Positions 18,517-28,099 of a DNA stretch of 64,000 nt are shown piece after piece. The notes under the pieces are model-generated. The model was not told where the DNA came from, ran no database searches, and saw only the letters and a program-made list of their open reading frames with translations. Position numbers and translations under genes: made by a program. Source of the DNA: Desulfobacteraceae bacterium (GTDB lineage Bacteria; Desulfobacterota; Desulfobacteria; Desulfobacterales; Desulfosarcinaceae); assembly GCA_050124755.1 (NCBI GenBank), contig JASFER010000001.1:2391-66390 (forward strand). Direction: 5' to 3'. How positions within the stretch are numbered: position 1 is the stretch's first letter; each line of letters opens with the position of its first letter.

Positions 18517-18642
18517 TTATATCCTCCTTGGGTTTGGGTTCCAATCTACTATAAATACGATTACAGGCAAACCGCTCTTAAGATAGGTTGTCAGGGGCGG
18601 GTTGGCAAGCTGTCAAAAGACGGATCATGTTTAAAAGCATCG

Positions 18643-19008
18643 CTAATCAATCAGTTGTTTTACGGCATCCAGTAAATGATTTCGATCGACAGGCTTGATA
18701 AAGGTGCGTAAGGCGCCTAATTTCTTTGCCAGATGAAGGTAGTCATCCGGGCGGTTGCGCCCTCCTCCAGAGATGGCAATGACTTTGACATCCGGATATT
18801 CCGCGCGCAGTTTTAAAATGGTCTCAATGCCTTCCATATCAGGCATGATCAGGTCTGTAACTACCACATCAAACGGTTTGCACTTGTAAAGTTGAATGCC
18901 GATACGGCCATTGGATGCGGTGCCAACCTCATAGCCGGCGCGTTCAAATGTTTGCTTGAGCATATTCATCACAAATTCATCATCTTCGATAATCAAGATG
19001 CTATACAT
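18643..19008 (-). CDS. Single-domain response regulator (CheY-like)
   Basis: Motifs ILIIEDDE, VVVTDLIMPDMEG and IKP are present. The start was chosen at the second ATG, which follows GGGGAG. Confidence 0.8.
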   Translation of the reverse strand: MYSILIIEDDEFVMNMLKQTFERAGYEVGTASNGRIGIQLYKCKPFDVVVTDLIMPDMEGIETILKLRAEYPDVKVIAISGGGRNRPDDYLHLAKKLGALRTFIKPVDRNHLLDAVKQLID

Positions 19009-19115
19009 GGCCGGCTCCCCCATGGTGACAAATTAGACAATGAAGGTATAATTCGCAAAAAGTTGGTTTTAACTGTAGGTGCTATATCTTGATTGTAGGC
19101 TGAATAATGATCAAC

Positions 19116-19145
19116 TATATACCTGCTTGACATTTGTTTCGTCAA
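19116..19145 (-). promoter_or_regulatory. Sigma70-type promoter candidate for the CheY-like gene
   Basis: On the minus strand: TTGACG (19145..19140), an 18-nt spacer, then TATATA (19121..19116). Confidence 0.3.
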
Positions 19146-19239
19146 TAAGAAGTGTGGTTAAAAACGCATATGGTAACGTCATCCCCTTCAAGGCCGGATC
19201 CTCTGGACCCGGATGCATCACTATCCCCACCCGCCGGAC

Positions 19240-19629
19240 TTAGGATGGGATGAGGATCCTGGTGTGGCAGTCCGGATCTTTTTTATTGTGGGGGATGGTG
19301 TTCAAGGCTATGAGGATGATGTTGTTTTTTCCCGTATTTTTAATGGCATGAGCGGTACCGGGGGGAAATGTAAATTTCCAAACCGCTTTCGAGGGAACAT
19401 TGACATCCCTGATCTGGTTGTCTTGCTCATATCTGACCAGGGCGGGACCTTCAACAGCCACAAGTTCCTTGCCCAAGTAGTGACTGTGGTTACCGCGTAT
19501 GGCACCGGGCTGAGAGATAACCACATGAAGATTGCGATAAACATTCAAGTCATCTTGCACCAGGGGCTCAAATACGACACCCCGCTGATCTTCATGAAGG
19601 ACAATGGATTCAATGTCAACCTGTGTCAT
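19240..19629 (-). CDS. Cupin-fold protein (sugar epimerase/WbuC-like)
   Basis: 129 aa with the cupin-like segments RGNHSH and PPGTAHAIKNTG. Its ATG overlaps the stop of the upstream methylase gene (ATGA). Confidence 0.5.
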   Translation of the reverse strand: MTQVDIESIVLHEDQRGVVFEPLVQDDLNVYRNLHVVISQPGAIRGNHSHYLGKELVAVEGPALVRYEQDNQIRDVNVPSKAVWKFTFPPGTAHAIKNTGKNNIILIALNTIPHNKKDPDCHTRILIPS

Positions 19630-20411
19630 TTTCCACTTTCCTCCTTTGAATGGGGCCTCCCGGCGCTACGAACGCCATCATCATAGCTCTTTCCGGCATA
19701 CCAGTTGATTTGGCGGCAGATGCCGCGGATGATACTCACTTCCCCGGCCCGGAGCTGCATTCTGGTGAAAAAAAGCCTGAGCTTATTCATCCAATAATCA
19801 GGATTGTCGGGTTGGATATAATTGATTCGGACCAAAATTTCTTTGACTTGTGCATACATGCCATCCAATTCATGACGGCTGGCCAGGCGGGGCTTAAAAG
19901 GTTTGGGTTCAGGCAAGGTGGCCTTGAATAGCTCATAACATAGCACCATCACCGCATGGGCTAAATTGAGCGAGGTGAACTGTGATGTGGGAATGTTGAC
20001 CAATAGATGACATTGCCGAATTTCCACATTGCTCAAACCGCGATCTTCAGGCCCAAACAGCAGCGCCACCTGATTGTTTTTCGAGATGGGGATGATCGTT
20101 TGGGCCATTTGGATCGGTGAGCAGACCGATTGGCGCTCGCCTCCCAACCTTGCGGTAGTGCCTACGACATAGTTGAAAGGTGCCAGTGCTTTTGGCAGGG
20201 CGTCGAATCGGGTGATGCCTTCGACCACCTTCTTTGCGGCATGGGTGGCCAGGGTTAAGATCCGCTCCATGTCAAAGTTTTCCGGGTCCACCACAATCAA
20301 ACGATCGATGCCCATGTTACAAGCCGCACGGGCGGCTGACCCGATATTTTCAGGGTACCGGGGTTTGTTTAAAATAATGGCAACGTTCTTCAGGTGGATC
20401 CGGTTGGACAT
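19626..20411 (-). CDS. SpoU/TrmH-family RNA 2'-O-methyltransferase (TrmJ-like)
   Basis: Motifs YPENIGSAARA, ALLFGPEDRGLSN and LNLAHAV are present. Confidence 0.75.
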   Translation of the reverse strand: MSNRIHLKNVAIILNKPRYPENIGSAARAACNMGIDRLIVVDPENFDMERILTLATHAAKKVVEGITRFDALPKALAPFNYVVGTTARLGGERQSVCSPIQMAQTIIPISKNNQVALLFGPEDRGLSNVEIRQCHLLVNIPTSQFTSLNLAHAVMVLCYELFKATLPEPKPFKPRLASRHELDGMYAQVKEILVRINYIQPDNPDYWMNKLRLFFTRMQLRAGEVSIIRGICRQINWYAGKSYDDGVRSAGRPHSKEESGK

Positions 20412-20824
20412 TATACCCGCTCAAAAGCGTTAAAGAAATAACCGGTCTCAAAAGCAGCCGTTTCCGGCGCGTCCGAGCCGTGGACCACATTTTTTTCAAT
20501 GTCAGTGGCAAAGTCGCGCCGAATGGTGCCTTCGGCCGCTTCTTTGTAATTGGTGGCACCCATCATTTCACGCCAGCGGCTGATGGCATTTTCGCCTTCA
20601 AGGATCACCACCACCACTGGACCGGAGGTCATAAAGTCGGTCAGACTGTCAAAGAAGGGTCGCTCCTTGTGAACAGCATAAAAGCCCTGGGCCTGGGGTT
20701 TGGTCATTTGGATCATTTTCATGGCCTTGATTTTCAGGCCGTTGCCCTCGATGCGCTTGACAACATCGCCGATGAGACCGCGGGATACGCCATCGGGTTT
20801 TACGATAGCCAACGTTGTTTCCAT
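20411..20824 (-). CDS. ndk: Nucleoside-diphosphate kinase
   Basis: [14 protein letters not shown] N-terminus ([11 protein letters not shown]) and the motif NVVHGSD. The stop overlaps the start of the next gene (TAATG). Confidence 0.9.
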   Translation of the reverse strand: METTLAIVKPDGVSRGLIGDVVKRIEGNGLKIKAMKMIQMTKPQAQGFYAVHKERPFFDSLTDFMTSGPVVVVILEGENAISRWREMMGATNYKEAAEGTIRRDFATDIEKNVVHGSDAPETAAFETGYFFNAFERV

Positions 20825-20922
20825 GGGTAGGTGTTCCTTTCGTTATAAATAATAATAGGATGTCAATTTGGCCGCTGGTGTAACAGAAGGATTATGGCAA
20901 GTCAACTCGTGTACAATCCGCA

Positions 20923-21057
20923 AGCGTATTAAATCATTAAACGATGAACATCGAACGTTCAACATCGAACGTCCAATGATAAGATCGATTCGCTCCACCA
21001 TCTTATCAATCGACAGAATACCTTGTTGGACGTTGAACGTTGGACGTTCGATGTTCA
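20923..21057 (+). repeat. Palindromic intergenic element, copy C (hairpin module only)
   Basis: The arms at 20945..20976 and 21026..21057 are inverted repeats tiled by TTGGACG/TTGAACG heptamers. The core GATAAGATCGATTCGCTCCACCATCTTATCAATCGACAGAATACC is near-identical to the core of copies A and B. Confidence 0.8.
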
Positions 21058-21131
21058 ATCTTAGCGCTTATGGGATTTATCCCCGCCCCGCGTTTGCTTC
21101 ACCGAGAATCGCCGCCTTGGTGGCGTTAGGG

Positions 21132-21161
21132 TTGACATCAAGTCTGTCGGGATTTAATAAT
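21132..21161 (+). promoter_or_regulatory. Sigma70-type promoter candidate
   Basis: TTGACA (21132..21137), an 18-nt spacer, then AATAAT (21156..21161). It lies upstream of the zinc-ribbon gene. Confidence 0.35.
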
Positions 21162-21226
21162 TCCGTCATATTAGACACCTATGATCGTTTGTCCGGTCTT
21201 ATACCAGTATAAGAATGAGGTACACT

Positions 21227-21718
21227 ATGCCCATATATGAATTCTATTGCGACGATTGCAATACCATTTTCAATTTCTTTTCCAAAACCATCAATACGAC
21301 CAAACGCCCCAAGTGCCCTCAATGCCGCACCAAAACTTTAAGCCGCCAAATGTCGGCTTTTGCCATCGCCGGAAAGACCAAGGAAGGTGGTGACATGGAT
21401 GATTTGCCCATTGACGAGAGCAAAATGGAACAGGCCATGCAAATGCTGGCCGGCGAAGCCGAAAGCATCAATGAAGATGATCCCAGACAGGCCGCCAACC
21501 TTATGCGCAAGTTGACCCAAATGACCGGATTGGAGTTGGGCTCCGGAATGGAGGAGGCCTTGCAGCGCATGGAGGGTGGTGAGGACCCGGAACAGATCGA
21601 GGCTGAGATGGGGGAGATACTTGAAAATGAAGACCCTTTTCAGCTGGCGTCCAAAAAGGGAGGCAGAGTGTCAAAGCGCCCGGCGCCTAAAAAAGACGAT
21701 ACCCTGTATGATTTATAA
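21227..21718 (+). CDS. FmdB-family zinc-ribbon protein with an acidic C-terminal tail
   Basis: MPIYEFYCDDCNTIF...CPQC is the FmdB CxxC...CxxC signature. The start follows GAGGT. Confidence 0.7.
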   Translation: MPIYEFYCDDCNTIFNFFSKTINTTKRPKCPQCRTKTLSRQMSAFAIAGKTKEGGDMDDLPIDESKMEQAMQMLAGEAESINEDDPRQAANLMRKLTQMTGLELGSGMEEALQRMEGGEDPEQIEAEMGEILENEDPFQLASKKGGRVSKRPAPKKDDTLYDL

Positions 21719-21733
21719 AAAAGGAGAATAACC

Positions 21734-22258
21734 ATGGACCCATCGATTCGATCCAAAATCGAGATCCGGCAGGGGGATATTACCCGGCTTTGCGTAGATG
21801 CCATCGTCAATGCCGCCAACACCAGTCTTTTGGGCGGTGGCGGCGTAGACGGCGCCATCCATCGGGCGGCCGGACCTGAGCTTTTAGCCGAGTGCCGCAC
21901 CATCGGCGGATGTCCCACTGGAGAGGCACGCATTACCAAAGGGTATGGGCTGCCGGCCAAATACGTGATTCACACGGTAGGGCCGGTCTATAGCGGCCGC
22001 CCTCAGGATCCGCAGCTGCTCCAATCGTGTTATATGAACAGCCTTCAGTTGGCCTTGGACCGCAACGTTCAGAGTATTGCCTTTCCGGCCATCAGTTGCG
22101 GTGTTTATGGATACCCCATCGCCGATGCCGCCAAAATTGCCTTGAGAACGGCTATCGCTTTTTTAAGTGAGAACCCGGCGGTGACACGCATCGTTTTTGT
22201 CCTGTTTTCCAAATCGGATCAGGCGGTTTATGAGGAGGTTTTTGAATCTTTGCACTAA
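21734..22258 (+). CDS. Macro-domain protein (O-acetyl-ADP-ribose deacetylase, YmdB-like)
   Basis: Motifs IVNAANTSLLGGGGVDGAIHRAAG and AFPAISCGVYGYP are present. Confidence 0.85.
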   Translation: MDPSIRSKIEIRQGDITRLCVDAIVNAANTSLLGGGGVDGAIHRAAGPELLAECRTIGGCPTGEARITKGYGLPAKYVIHTVGPVYSGRPQDPQLLQSCYMNSLQLALDRNVQSIAFPAISCGVYGYPIADAAKIALRTAIAFLSENPAVTRIVFVLFSKSDQAVYEEVFESLH

Positions 22259-22492
22259 AAATGACTTGCTGCTTTGGAGAGGCCCTTGACATTGCGTGAG
22301 CTTTCAGATAACCGCATCATCTTGTCGTTCAGTTTTTTTGAACTGAATTGACAATCGCGCTGCGGTGGTTAGCTTGGAAACTCAATGAGCCTAAATTGTT
22401 TCTATTCCGGCATTGGGACTCAGCGCCATTATGCATCGAAAGCTCGTCGGCTGGTGATGACATGCAGCTCAATTTTTTTTAAGGAGGATATC

Positions 22493-22816
22493 ATGCTCGA
22501 AGTAACACCTGCGGCCACTGAACAAATCGCAGCCTATTTTAGTGACAAAGAGGTTCGCCCCGTTCGAATCTTTTTGAACGAAGGCGGATGAGGCGGCCCC
22601 GGCCTGGCCATGGCTCTGGATGAGCCCAATGACGCAGACGAACAATTTGAAGTGGACGGTTATCAGTACATCGTCAACAAAGAGTTCCTTGAACGTGCGA
22701 AGCCCATTAAAGTCGATTTCCACATGTATGGGTTTAAACTCGACTGCGGTATCGATTTCAACACCGGTGGTGGTTGCTCCTGCAGTTCCGCCCAAAAAAG
22801 CCAATGCGGCTGCTGA
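22493..22816 (+). CDS. HesB/IscA-like selenoprotein, 107 aa, with Sec encoded by the in-frame TGA at 22589..22591
   Basis: Track ORFs 22385..22591 and 22610..22816 are in the same frame and separated only by the TGA. The joined sequence ...VRIFLNEGG-U-GGPGLAMALDEP... places the TGA where IscA/HesB proteins carry the GGC(S)G cysteine. AGGAGG lies 6 nt before the ATG at 22493, and a strong terminator follows the gene. Confidence 0.7.
22589..22630 (+). promoter_or_regulatory. UGA recoding site plus a candidate bacterial SECIS hairpin
   Basis: A stem GGCUC(22612..22616)/GAGCC(22622..22626) with apical loop UGGAU can be extended with a bulge (CAUGGCUC...GAGCC-C-AAUG). It starts about 20 nt after the UGA. 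Confidence 0.45.
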
Positions 22817-22840
22817 TTGTAAAAAAGATTTAGATTCTGT

Positions 22841-22881
22841 GAGGCGGTATCCGGCACGGCCCGATACCGCCTCTTTCTCTT
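22841..22881 (+). terminator. Rho-independent terminator of the selenoprotein gene
   Basis: A perfect 11-bp stem (GAGGCGGTATC / GATACCGCCTC) with an 11-nt loop is followed by TTTCTCTT. Confidence 0.8.
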
Positions 22882-22938
22882 TACGGCTGTGAAATAATCG
22901 CTTTTCCGCTCCCCCACATGACATAAGGAGGTATCTCC

Positions 22939-23655
22939 ATGGCATTGGTGGATTTTCAGGTGGAGGGCCATGTCGCCCTGGTAAGCCTGAACGACGGCGA
23001 AAACCGGTTCAATCCGACCTTTTTGGATGCGCTCTTAAGCGCCATGGATGAAATTGAGCACGGCACCCAAGCGACCACCATGGTGGTTCGCAGCTCCCAT
23101 GAAAAAATATTTTGCAACGGGATCGATCTTGAGTGGCTCCTCCAGATCATGCAGCAGCAAGATATGGCAACCGCCAAACGCTTTTTTTACCAACTCAATG
23201 TATTGCTCAAACGCATGGTAACCTACCCGTTGGTCACCGTTGCCGCCATCACCGGGCACGCTTTTGCCGGCGGGGCGATTTTCAGCAGCACATTCGATTT
23301 TCGCTTTATGCGTTCGGACCGGGGTTACTTTTGTCTACCCGAAATCGATCTGGGCATGCCGTTTCTGCCGGGCATGAATGCCATCTTGCGCAGCGCCATT
23401 CCGGAGACCGTGTTGCGTGAAATGCAGTTGACCGGCGTACGGCTCACCGCCCAGATGTGTCAAGGCCACCAGATTGTCAAGGGGGCGTTTCATATAGATG
23501 AGTTGATGGATGAAGCGCTTCAGTTTGCCCGGCAGGTCAATAAAAAGCGTCCCATCATCAAAGAGACCAAAGCCAGATTGAACAAAACCATCGTGCACGC
23601 CATTGACGTGGAGGATCCGCCCTATATCGAATCCGGACAATACCATTTAGGATAA
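22939..23655 (+). CDS. Enoyl-CoA hydratase/isomerase (crotonase) family protein
   Basis: A crotonase-fold pattern is present (FCNGIDL, ITGHAFAGGAIF). Confidence 0.7.
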   Translation: MALVDFQVEGHVALVSLNDGENRFNPTFLDALLSAMDEIEHGTQATTMVVRSSHEKIFCNGIDLEWLLQIMQQQDMATAKRFFYQLNVLLKRMVTYPLVTVAAITGHAFAGGAIFSSTFDFRFMRSDRGYFCLPEIDLGMPFLPGMNAILRSAIPETVLREMQLTGVRLTAQMCQGHQIVKGAFHIDELMDEALQFARQVNKKRPIIKETKARLNKTIVHAIDVEDPPYIESGQYHLG

Positions 23656-23684
23656 CGTTCGTTTGCACCGTAAAGGAGGTTGGG

Positions 23685-24584
23685 ATGAAGGTTGTCGTCA
23701 CCGGAGGATCCGGCTTTGTCGGGACCCATTTAAGCCGCCAATTGTTGGACGCCGGACACGAGGTGCTTTCCTTTGGAACGCGTGCCATCTATCAGCGCAT
23801 CGATCATCCCGCATTTACCTATCAATCGGCAGACACCACCCGGCCGGGTGATTGGCAACAGGGCATCGCCGATGCGGATGTGATCTACAATCTGGCCGGT
23901 GGGACCATTTTTCAGCGCTGGACCAAACGATACAAGCAACAAATTTACAATAGCCGTATTTTAACCACGCGCCATCTGGTGGCGGCTCTGACGCAGGCCT
24001 CCCGGAAGGTCCTTGTCAGCACGTCGGCTGTTGGGTATTATGGCGACTGCGGCGATACCGAGTTGACGGAAGCGTCCCCCCTGGGGGACGATTTTCTGGC
24101 CGAAGTTTCACGCGATTGGGAGGCCGAGGCCATGGGGGCGGAAGCCAAAGGTGCACGTGTGGCCATTGCCCGTTTTGGTGTCGTGTTGGGAACCGGCGGC
24201 GGGGCTTTGGCGAAAATGATTCCCGCGTTCCGCTTCTTTGTGGGCGGGCCGTTGGGGACCGGCCGACAGTGGTTCCCGTGGATTCATATGCATGATCTCG
24301 TAGGAGCCCTTGAATTCTTAGCATTCACCGAAAGCTTAAGCGGGCCTTTTAACCTAACGGCCCCCAACCCCGTGCGCAACAAAGAGATGGCTGCAATCCT
24401 CGGTAAAGTGCTGGGGCGTCCTGCAGTGTTGGCTGCACCAGCATTTATGCTCAAATTGGCGATGGGCGAATTTTCCGGCGTATTGCTGGGGAGTCAGCGG
24501 GCATTGCCGTCCCAACTGCTTAAGGCCGGTTATGACTTCGCTTTTCCAAACATTGAAGCTGCTTTGGAGAACTTGTTCCATTGA
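23685..24584 (+). CDS. YfcH-like NAD-dependent epimerase family protein (SDR fold with a DUF1731-type C-terminus)
   Basis: The N-terminus is VTGGSGFVG. The C-terminus ...LKAGYDFAFPNIEAALENL is typical of the family. Confidence 0.7.
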   Translation: MKVVVTGGSGFVGTHLSRQLLDAGHEVLSFGTRAIYQRIDHPAFTYQSADTTRPGDWQQGIADADVIYNLAGGTIFQRWTKRYKQQIYNSRILTTRHLVAALTQASRKVLVSTSAVGYYGDCGDTELTEASPLGDDFLAEVSRDWEAEAMGAEAKGARVAIARFGVVLGTGGGALAKMIPAFRFFVGGPLGTGRQWFPWIHMHDLVGALEFLAFTESLSGPFNLTAPNPVRNKEMAAILGKVLGRPAVLAAPAFMLKLAMGEFSGVLLGSQRALPSQLLKAGYDFAFPNIEAALENLFH

Positions 24585-24601
24585 GTCGATATACCTAGAC
24601 G

Positions 24602-26233
24602 ATGACAGTATCCGCTTACGAAACCATTGTGGCCTATCATGAGGCCACCAAGCACCATTTTCACCGCTATGCCCGATCGGCCGGCTATATGGATTGGGCC
24701 AACCAGCCCAACCCTTTCAGGTACTATGAGGGCGCGGAACAAGTTTCGCTTGGGATCCCTGATACGGATCCCGCCTTATCTTATACTGATCTTTACACAC
24801 CTGCGTATAAAGCCGGCAAGCCTTTAAATGTAAATACACTATCCACCTTCTTGGCATTGTCTCTGGGCCTATCGGCCTGGAAAAAGGCCGGCACCAGCCG
24901 CTGGTCTTTGCGCATCAATCCCTCTTCAGGGAACCTTCACCCCACTGAGGCCTATTTGATTCTTCCGACGGTCCCGGACATGGAGGGGGGTGTTTTCCAC
25001 TACTTCTCCTATGCGCACGCCTTGGAGCGGCGAGCGGATTTGCCCAAGGGACATTGGCCCCGTGTTATTGATCACCTCGGAGGTTCAGGTTTCATGGTGG
25101 CTTTGAGCACCATTTTCTGGCGAGAGTCCTGGAAGTACGGCGAACGCGCCTATCGTTATTGCAACCTGGACGCCGGGCACGCCGTGGCGGCCTTGTCCTT
25201 TGCGGCACGACTTCACAACTGGACATTGACCTGCCTGAACGGTGCAGGGGATGGCCAGATTGGCGACTTGCTGGGCTTTGATCAAACAGCGTGGCGCCCT
25301 TTGGAAGAAGAAGTCCCTGAACTGATATGCTGGGTGTCCAAAAATAGTCCTGATTCCCATATGTCGCGAGCACTCCCGGACGAACTAGTGCGCCCCTTTG
25401 CGGATCAGAAGTATTTCGGTGTTCCTAACCAACTCAGTCGACAGCCTGTGGATTGGTCCATCATTACCCGGGCCTCCAACGCCATTGAAAAACCGAGGAC
25501 AGCACCTGTATCAGAAGATTTTGCGGCTGCTTATCAGTCCACTTATCTATTCAAAGAGACACCGGCAGCCCAAGTTATCCGACAGCGGCGCAGCGCAGTA
25601 AACTATGATCCGCAACAATCCATTTCCCTGGAAGTATTTCAATCCATCCTGAGCCATACCTTGTCCCGAACCGGTGTTCCCCCTTTCAGCGTTGACGTGA
25701 TGCCCTCCAGTGTCCATTTACTCCTGTTCGTTCATCGCGTGGATGATTTGGTCCCGGGGCTCTATCTATTGGCCCGCCGGTCTGACCATGTGAATTTCAT
25801 GAGATCCAATTGGCGGAAAGATTTCCTTTGGCAGCGCGTGTGGTTCGACTTTCCGCTTTACTGTTTAATAGAGATGGATGCCACTGCAGTTGCCATGGAC
25901 TTGAGCTGCCGTCAGGAGATCGCCGGTGACAGCGCTTTTGCCGTGGCCATGATAGCGAATTTTAAAGAACATCTGCGCCAGGCGCCATATAAATACCGTC
26001 ACTTGCACTGGGAGTGCGGCATGATCGGCCAAGTACTCTACCTGGAAGCCGAGGCCCACGGCATACGGGGAACGGGTATCGGTTGCTTTTTTGACGATCC
26101 GGTCCATCAATTGTTGGGCATAACGGATAGCGCTTTTCAAACGCTTTACCACTTCACTGTGGGGCATCCCATAGAAGATACACGGCTGGAGACCCTGCCG
26201 GCCTACCACCATTTGGATATGGCGGGCAGTTGA
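24602..26233 (+). CDS. SagB/ThcOx-type double nitroreductase-fold protein
   Basis: 543 aa with two nitroreductase-like halves. The signatures are N-terminal YHEATKH, SSGNLHP and ...RYCNLDAGH, then RRS..Y in the second half and GTGIGCFFDD near the C-terminus. Confidence 0.6.
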   Translation: MTVSAYETIVAYHEATKHHFHRYARSAGYMDWANQPNPFRYYEGAEQVSLGIPDTDPALSYTDLYTPAYKAGKPLNVNTLSTFLALSLGLSAWKKAGTSRWSLRINPSSGNLHPTEAYLILPTVPDMEGGVFHYFSYAHALERRADLPKGHWPRVIDHLGGSGFMVALSTIFWRESWKYGERAYRYCNLDAGHAVAALSFAARLHNWTLTCLNGAGDGQIGDLLGFDQTAWRPLEEEVPELICWVSKNSPDSHMSRALPDELVRPFADQKYFGVPNQLSRQPVDWSIITRASNAIEKPRTAPVSEDFAAAYQSTYLFKETPAAQVIRQRRSAVNYDPQQSISLEVFQSILSHTLSRTGVPPFSVDVMPSSVHLLLFVHRVDDLVPGLYLLARRSDHVNFMRSNWRKDFLWQRVWFDFPLYCLIEMDATAVAMDLSCRQEIAGDSAFAVAMIANFKEHLRQAPYKYRHLHWECGMIGQVLYLEAEAHGIRGTGIGCFFDDPVHQLLGITDSAFQTLYHFTVGHPIEDTRLETLPAYHHLDMAGS

Positions 26234-26251
26234 ATGGAAACAGGCTACTCG

Positions 26252-27355
26252 CTAAACCTGTTTAAGCTCAGATTCTGTTTTAATGCAATTTTTACCGCTG
26301 TTTTTTGCTAAATACATAGCTCTATCGGCACGGGTTAACAGGACTTCAATCTTGTCAGCCTGCCGAAATTGAGCCACACCCCCAGATACGGTCACGGCCA
26401 AAGAAGGTGCTACATCCTTGAAATCAATCGCCTCAACCACCTTTCGGACTCTTTCAGCTGCGATTTTTGCGCCTTCAAGATTGGTCCCCATGGCCAGGAG
26501 AATGAACTCCTCCCCGCCAAATCGGGCAAAAAGATCCGAAGCTCTCAACTGTGACTGGATCGTCGATGAAAACCGTTTAAGAACGATATCACCGATGTGA
26601 TGTCCCCTTTTGTCGTTTATATCTTTAAAATCATCCAGATCAAAAAAACAGATGCAAAAGCCCATATTGATGCGGTTTGCTATCGCTTTTTGTCGATTAA
26701 GCATCATGATCATATGCCGTCTGTTGAGCAATCCGGTAAGCTCATCGGTGGTAGCCATCCGCTCCATTTTTTCCATGGCTTGGGCCAGTTCCGCATTTCG
26801 TTGGTGGAGCCGGCGCTGCACGAGACTGACTTCATTGCTTACCAGGGAAAAAGCGACAATGATGAGCACGAACGCCATGGCAACAACAATTTCGTTTTCA
26901 AGGGAAATTGAATTCGGATACTGCAGATGCACTAAATATATGACGAAGAGGTAGCCTGTAACGGTGAGCATAGCAGTAGCGATATATTGACGCGCGGTCA
27001 TTCTGAAAGCACCGTAAATCAGGATAATCGGAAAGAACATCATCATCAGAGGACGAAAATGATCCATAAAGAAAAGTGTTATGAGCAGCGCAAAATTAGA
27101 CCAGATCACCTGCTCCCGGGTCATGCTGGGATCAGCGAATCGCAGGTTGAAGCCTGTGCGAATAGCCAAATATATAGTTATATGACCGGTCCACAAAGCG
27201 ACCATTAAAATAGTGAAGCCTGGAATTTCCAACCTAAATCCATCTGCAAGGAACACAATGAGTGCAACGATGGACTGGATTACACCCCCGCCCATCGCCT
27301 GAAGAACGCGCTTGACGCGCAGTTGTTGATGAGGGTCTATTTTGTGAATGAACAT
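26252..27355 (-). CDS. Membrane-anchored diguanylate cyclase (GGDEF)
   Basis: A polytopic N-terminal domain of about 170 aa is followed by DELTGLLNRR, DLDDFKDINDKRGH and the active site GGEEF. Confidence 0.85.
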   Translation of the reverse strand: MFIHKIDPHQQLRVKRVLQAMGGGVIQSIVALIVFLADGFRLEIPGFTILMVALWTGHITIYLAIRTGFNLRFADPSMTREQVIWSNFALLITLFFMDHFRPLMMMFFPIILIYGAFRMTARQYIATAMLTVTGYLFVIYLVHLQYPNSISLENEIVVAMAFVLIIVAFSLVSNEVSLVQRRLHQRNAELAQAMEKMERMATTDELTGLLNRRHMIMMLNRQKAIANRINMGFCICFFDLDDFKDINDKRGHHIGDIVLKRFSSTIQSQLRASDLFARFGGEEFILLAMGTNLEGAKIAAERVRKVVEAIDFKDVAPSLAVTVSGGVAQFRQADKIEVLLTRADRAMYLAKNSGKNCIKTESELKQV

Positions 27356-27415
27356 ATCTGAAATCAGCCCAAATCCTGGATTGGGTTTGTTAATCCAAAT
27401 TTTACGACCTTCCGA

Positions 27416-27985
27416 TTAAGCGGTAGCTTCAATCTGGAGTTCCGGTGCAGCTGGAAGCCGGTCGAAGGATAGATCTGCCAGTTCTTTTTCAAACAGATAG
27501 ATCAGATGAAACGCTGTACCTTTCTGATTGTAAAAAACGCCGTATTGGGGTGATTCGGCCATCAAACGGATACCGTTTCCGACGGATGTGAGATAGCGTC
27601 TCTTCTTGCGGTAGTGTTTATACAATTTTTGTACGTTAAATCCTTTGCCGCAATCAGTGACCCGGATCATAAGCCCCTGGCTCCCCAAAAGAAAACGGAC
27701 GGTGATCGGCTTGAGGGTATTGCGATGATGGGCGTGACCAAAAGCATTGGACATGGCCTCGTGGAAAAGGCTTTTTTCGCCAATCAGATCGGAAGGAAGA
27801 GATGGCAGCCGCGATTCCAGAAACGCCGCGATCTTGAGCTCGTAGCGGTAAAGCCAATCATATCCGGGCCCATATGGGGATTTCGGACACGGGCGAAAAT
27901 GACCGGGAATGACCTGATCCTCCCGAATGATTTCAGTAGACTCCAAAACATCGCAGGCTTGATCTAAGTTTAAGTCAAAGAGCAT
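27416..27985 (-). CDS. HATPase_c-like ATP-binding protein (RsbW/SpoIIAB-type anti-sigma kinase-like), tentative
   Basis: The N-box-like segment EAMSNAFGHAHH and the G-box-like segment VTDCGKGF are present. No partner STAS gene was seen. Confidence 0.4.
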   Translation of the reverse strand: MLFDLNLDQACDVLESTEIIREDQVIPGHFRPCPKSPYGPGYDWLYRYELKIAAFLESRLPSLPSDLIGEKSLFHEAMSNAFGHAHHRNTLKPITVRFLLGSQGLMIRVTDCGKGFNVQKLYKHYRKKRRYLTSVGNGIRLMAESPQYGVFYNQKGTAFHLIYLFEKELADLSFDRLPAAPELQIEATA

Positions 27986-28099
27986 GTTCCTTCCATTCCT
28001 ATGGGGTTTAGTTTATATTAAAAAAGGTACCTGACCTTTCATCGGCCATGCGCCCGATAACTTTATACAGAATAACGGAATGGGGTATCCCCCAGAAGG

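Noticed and set aside
20843-21212. Track ORFs translated across the palindromic elements (20843..21058, 20868..21212, 30205..30495, 7666..7940, 160..757), which give peptides such as NIERPTFNVQ and EHRTFNIERP.
   Set aside because: The peptide similarity between loci only reflects the DNA repeat. The frames differ between copies and the arms are inverted repeats, so this is not a coding signal.
22385-22492. The upstream 36-codon extension of the selenoprotein ORF (MSLNCFYSG...).
   Set aside because: The strong AGGAGG ribosome-binding site directly precedes the internal ATG at 22493. The HesB-like homology starts at MLEVTPAA, so the extension is probably untranslated leader.
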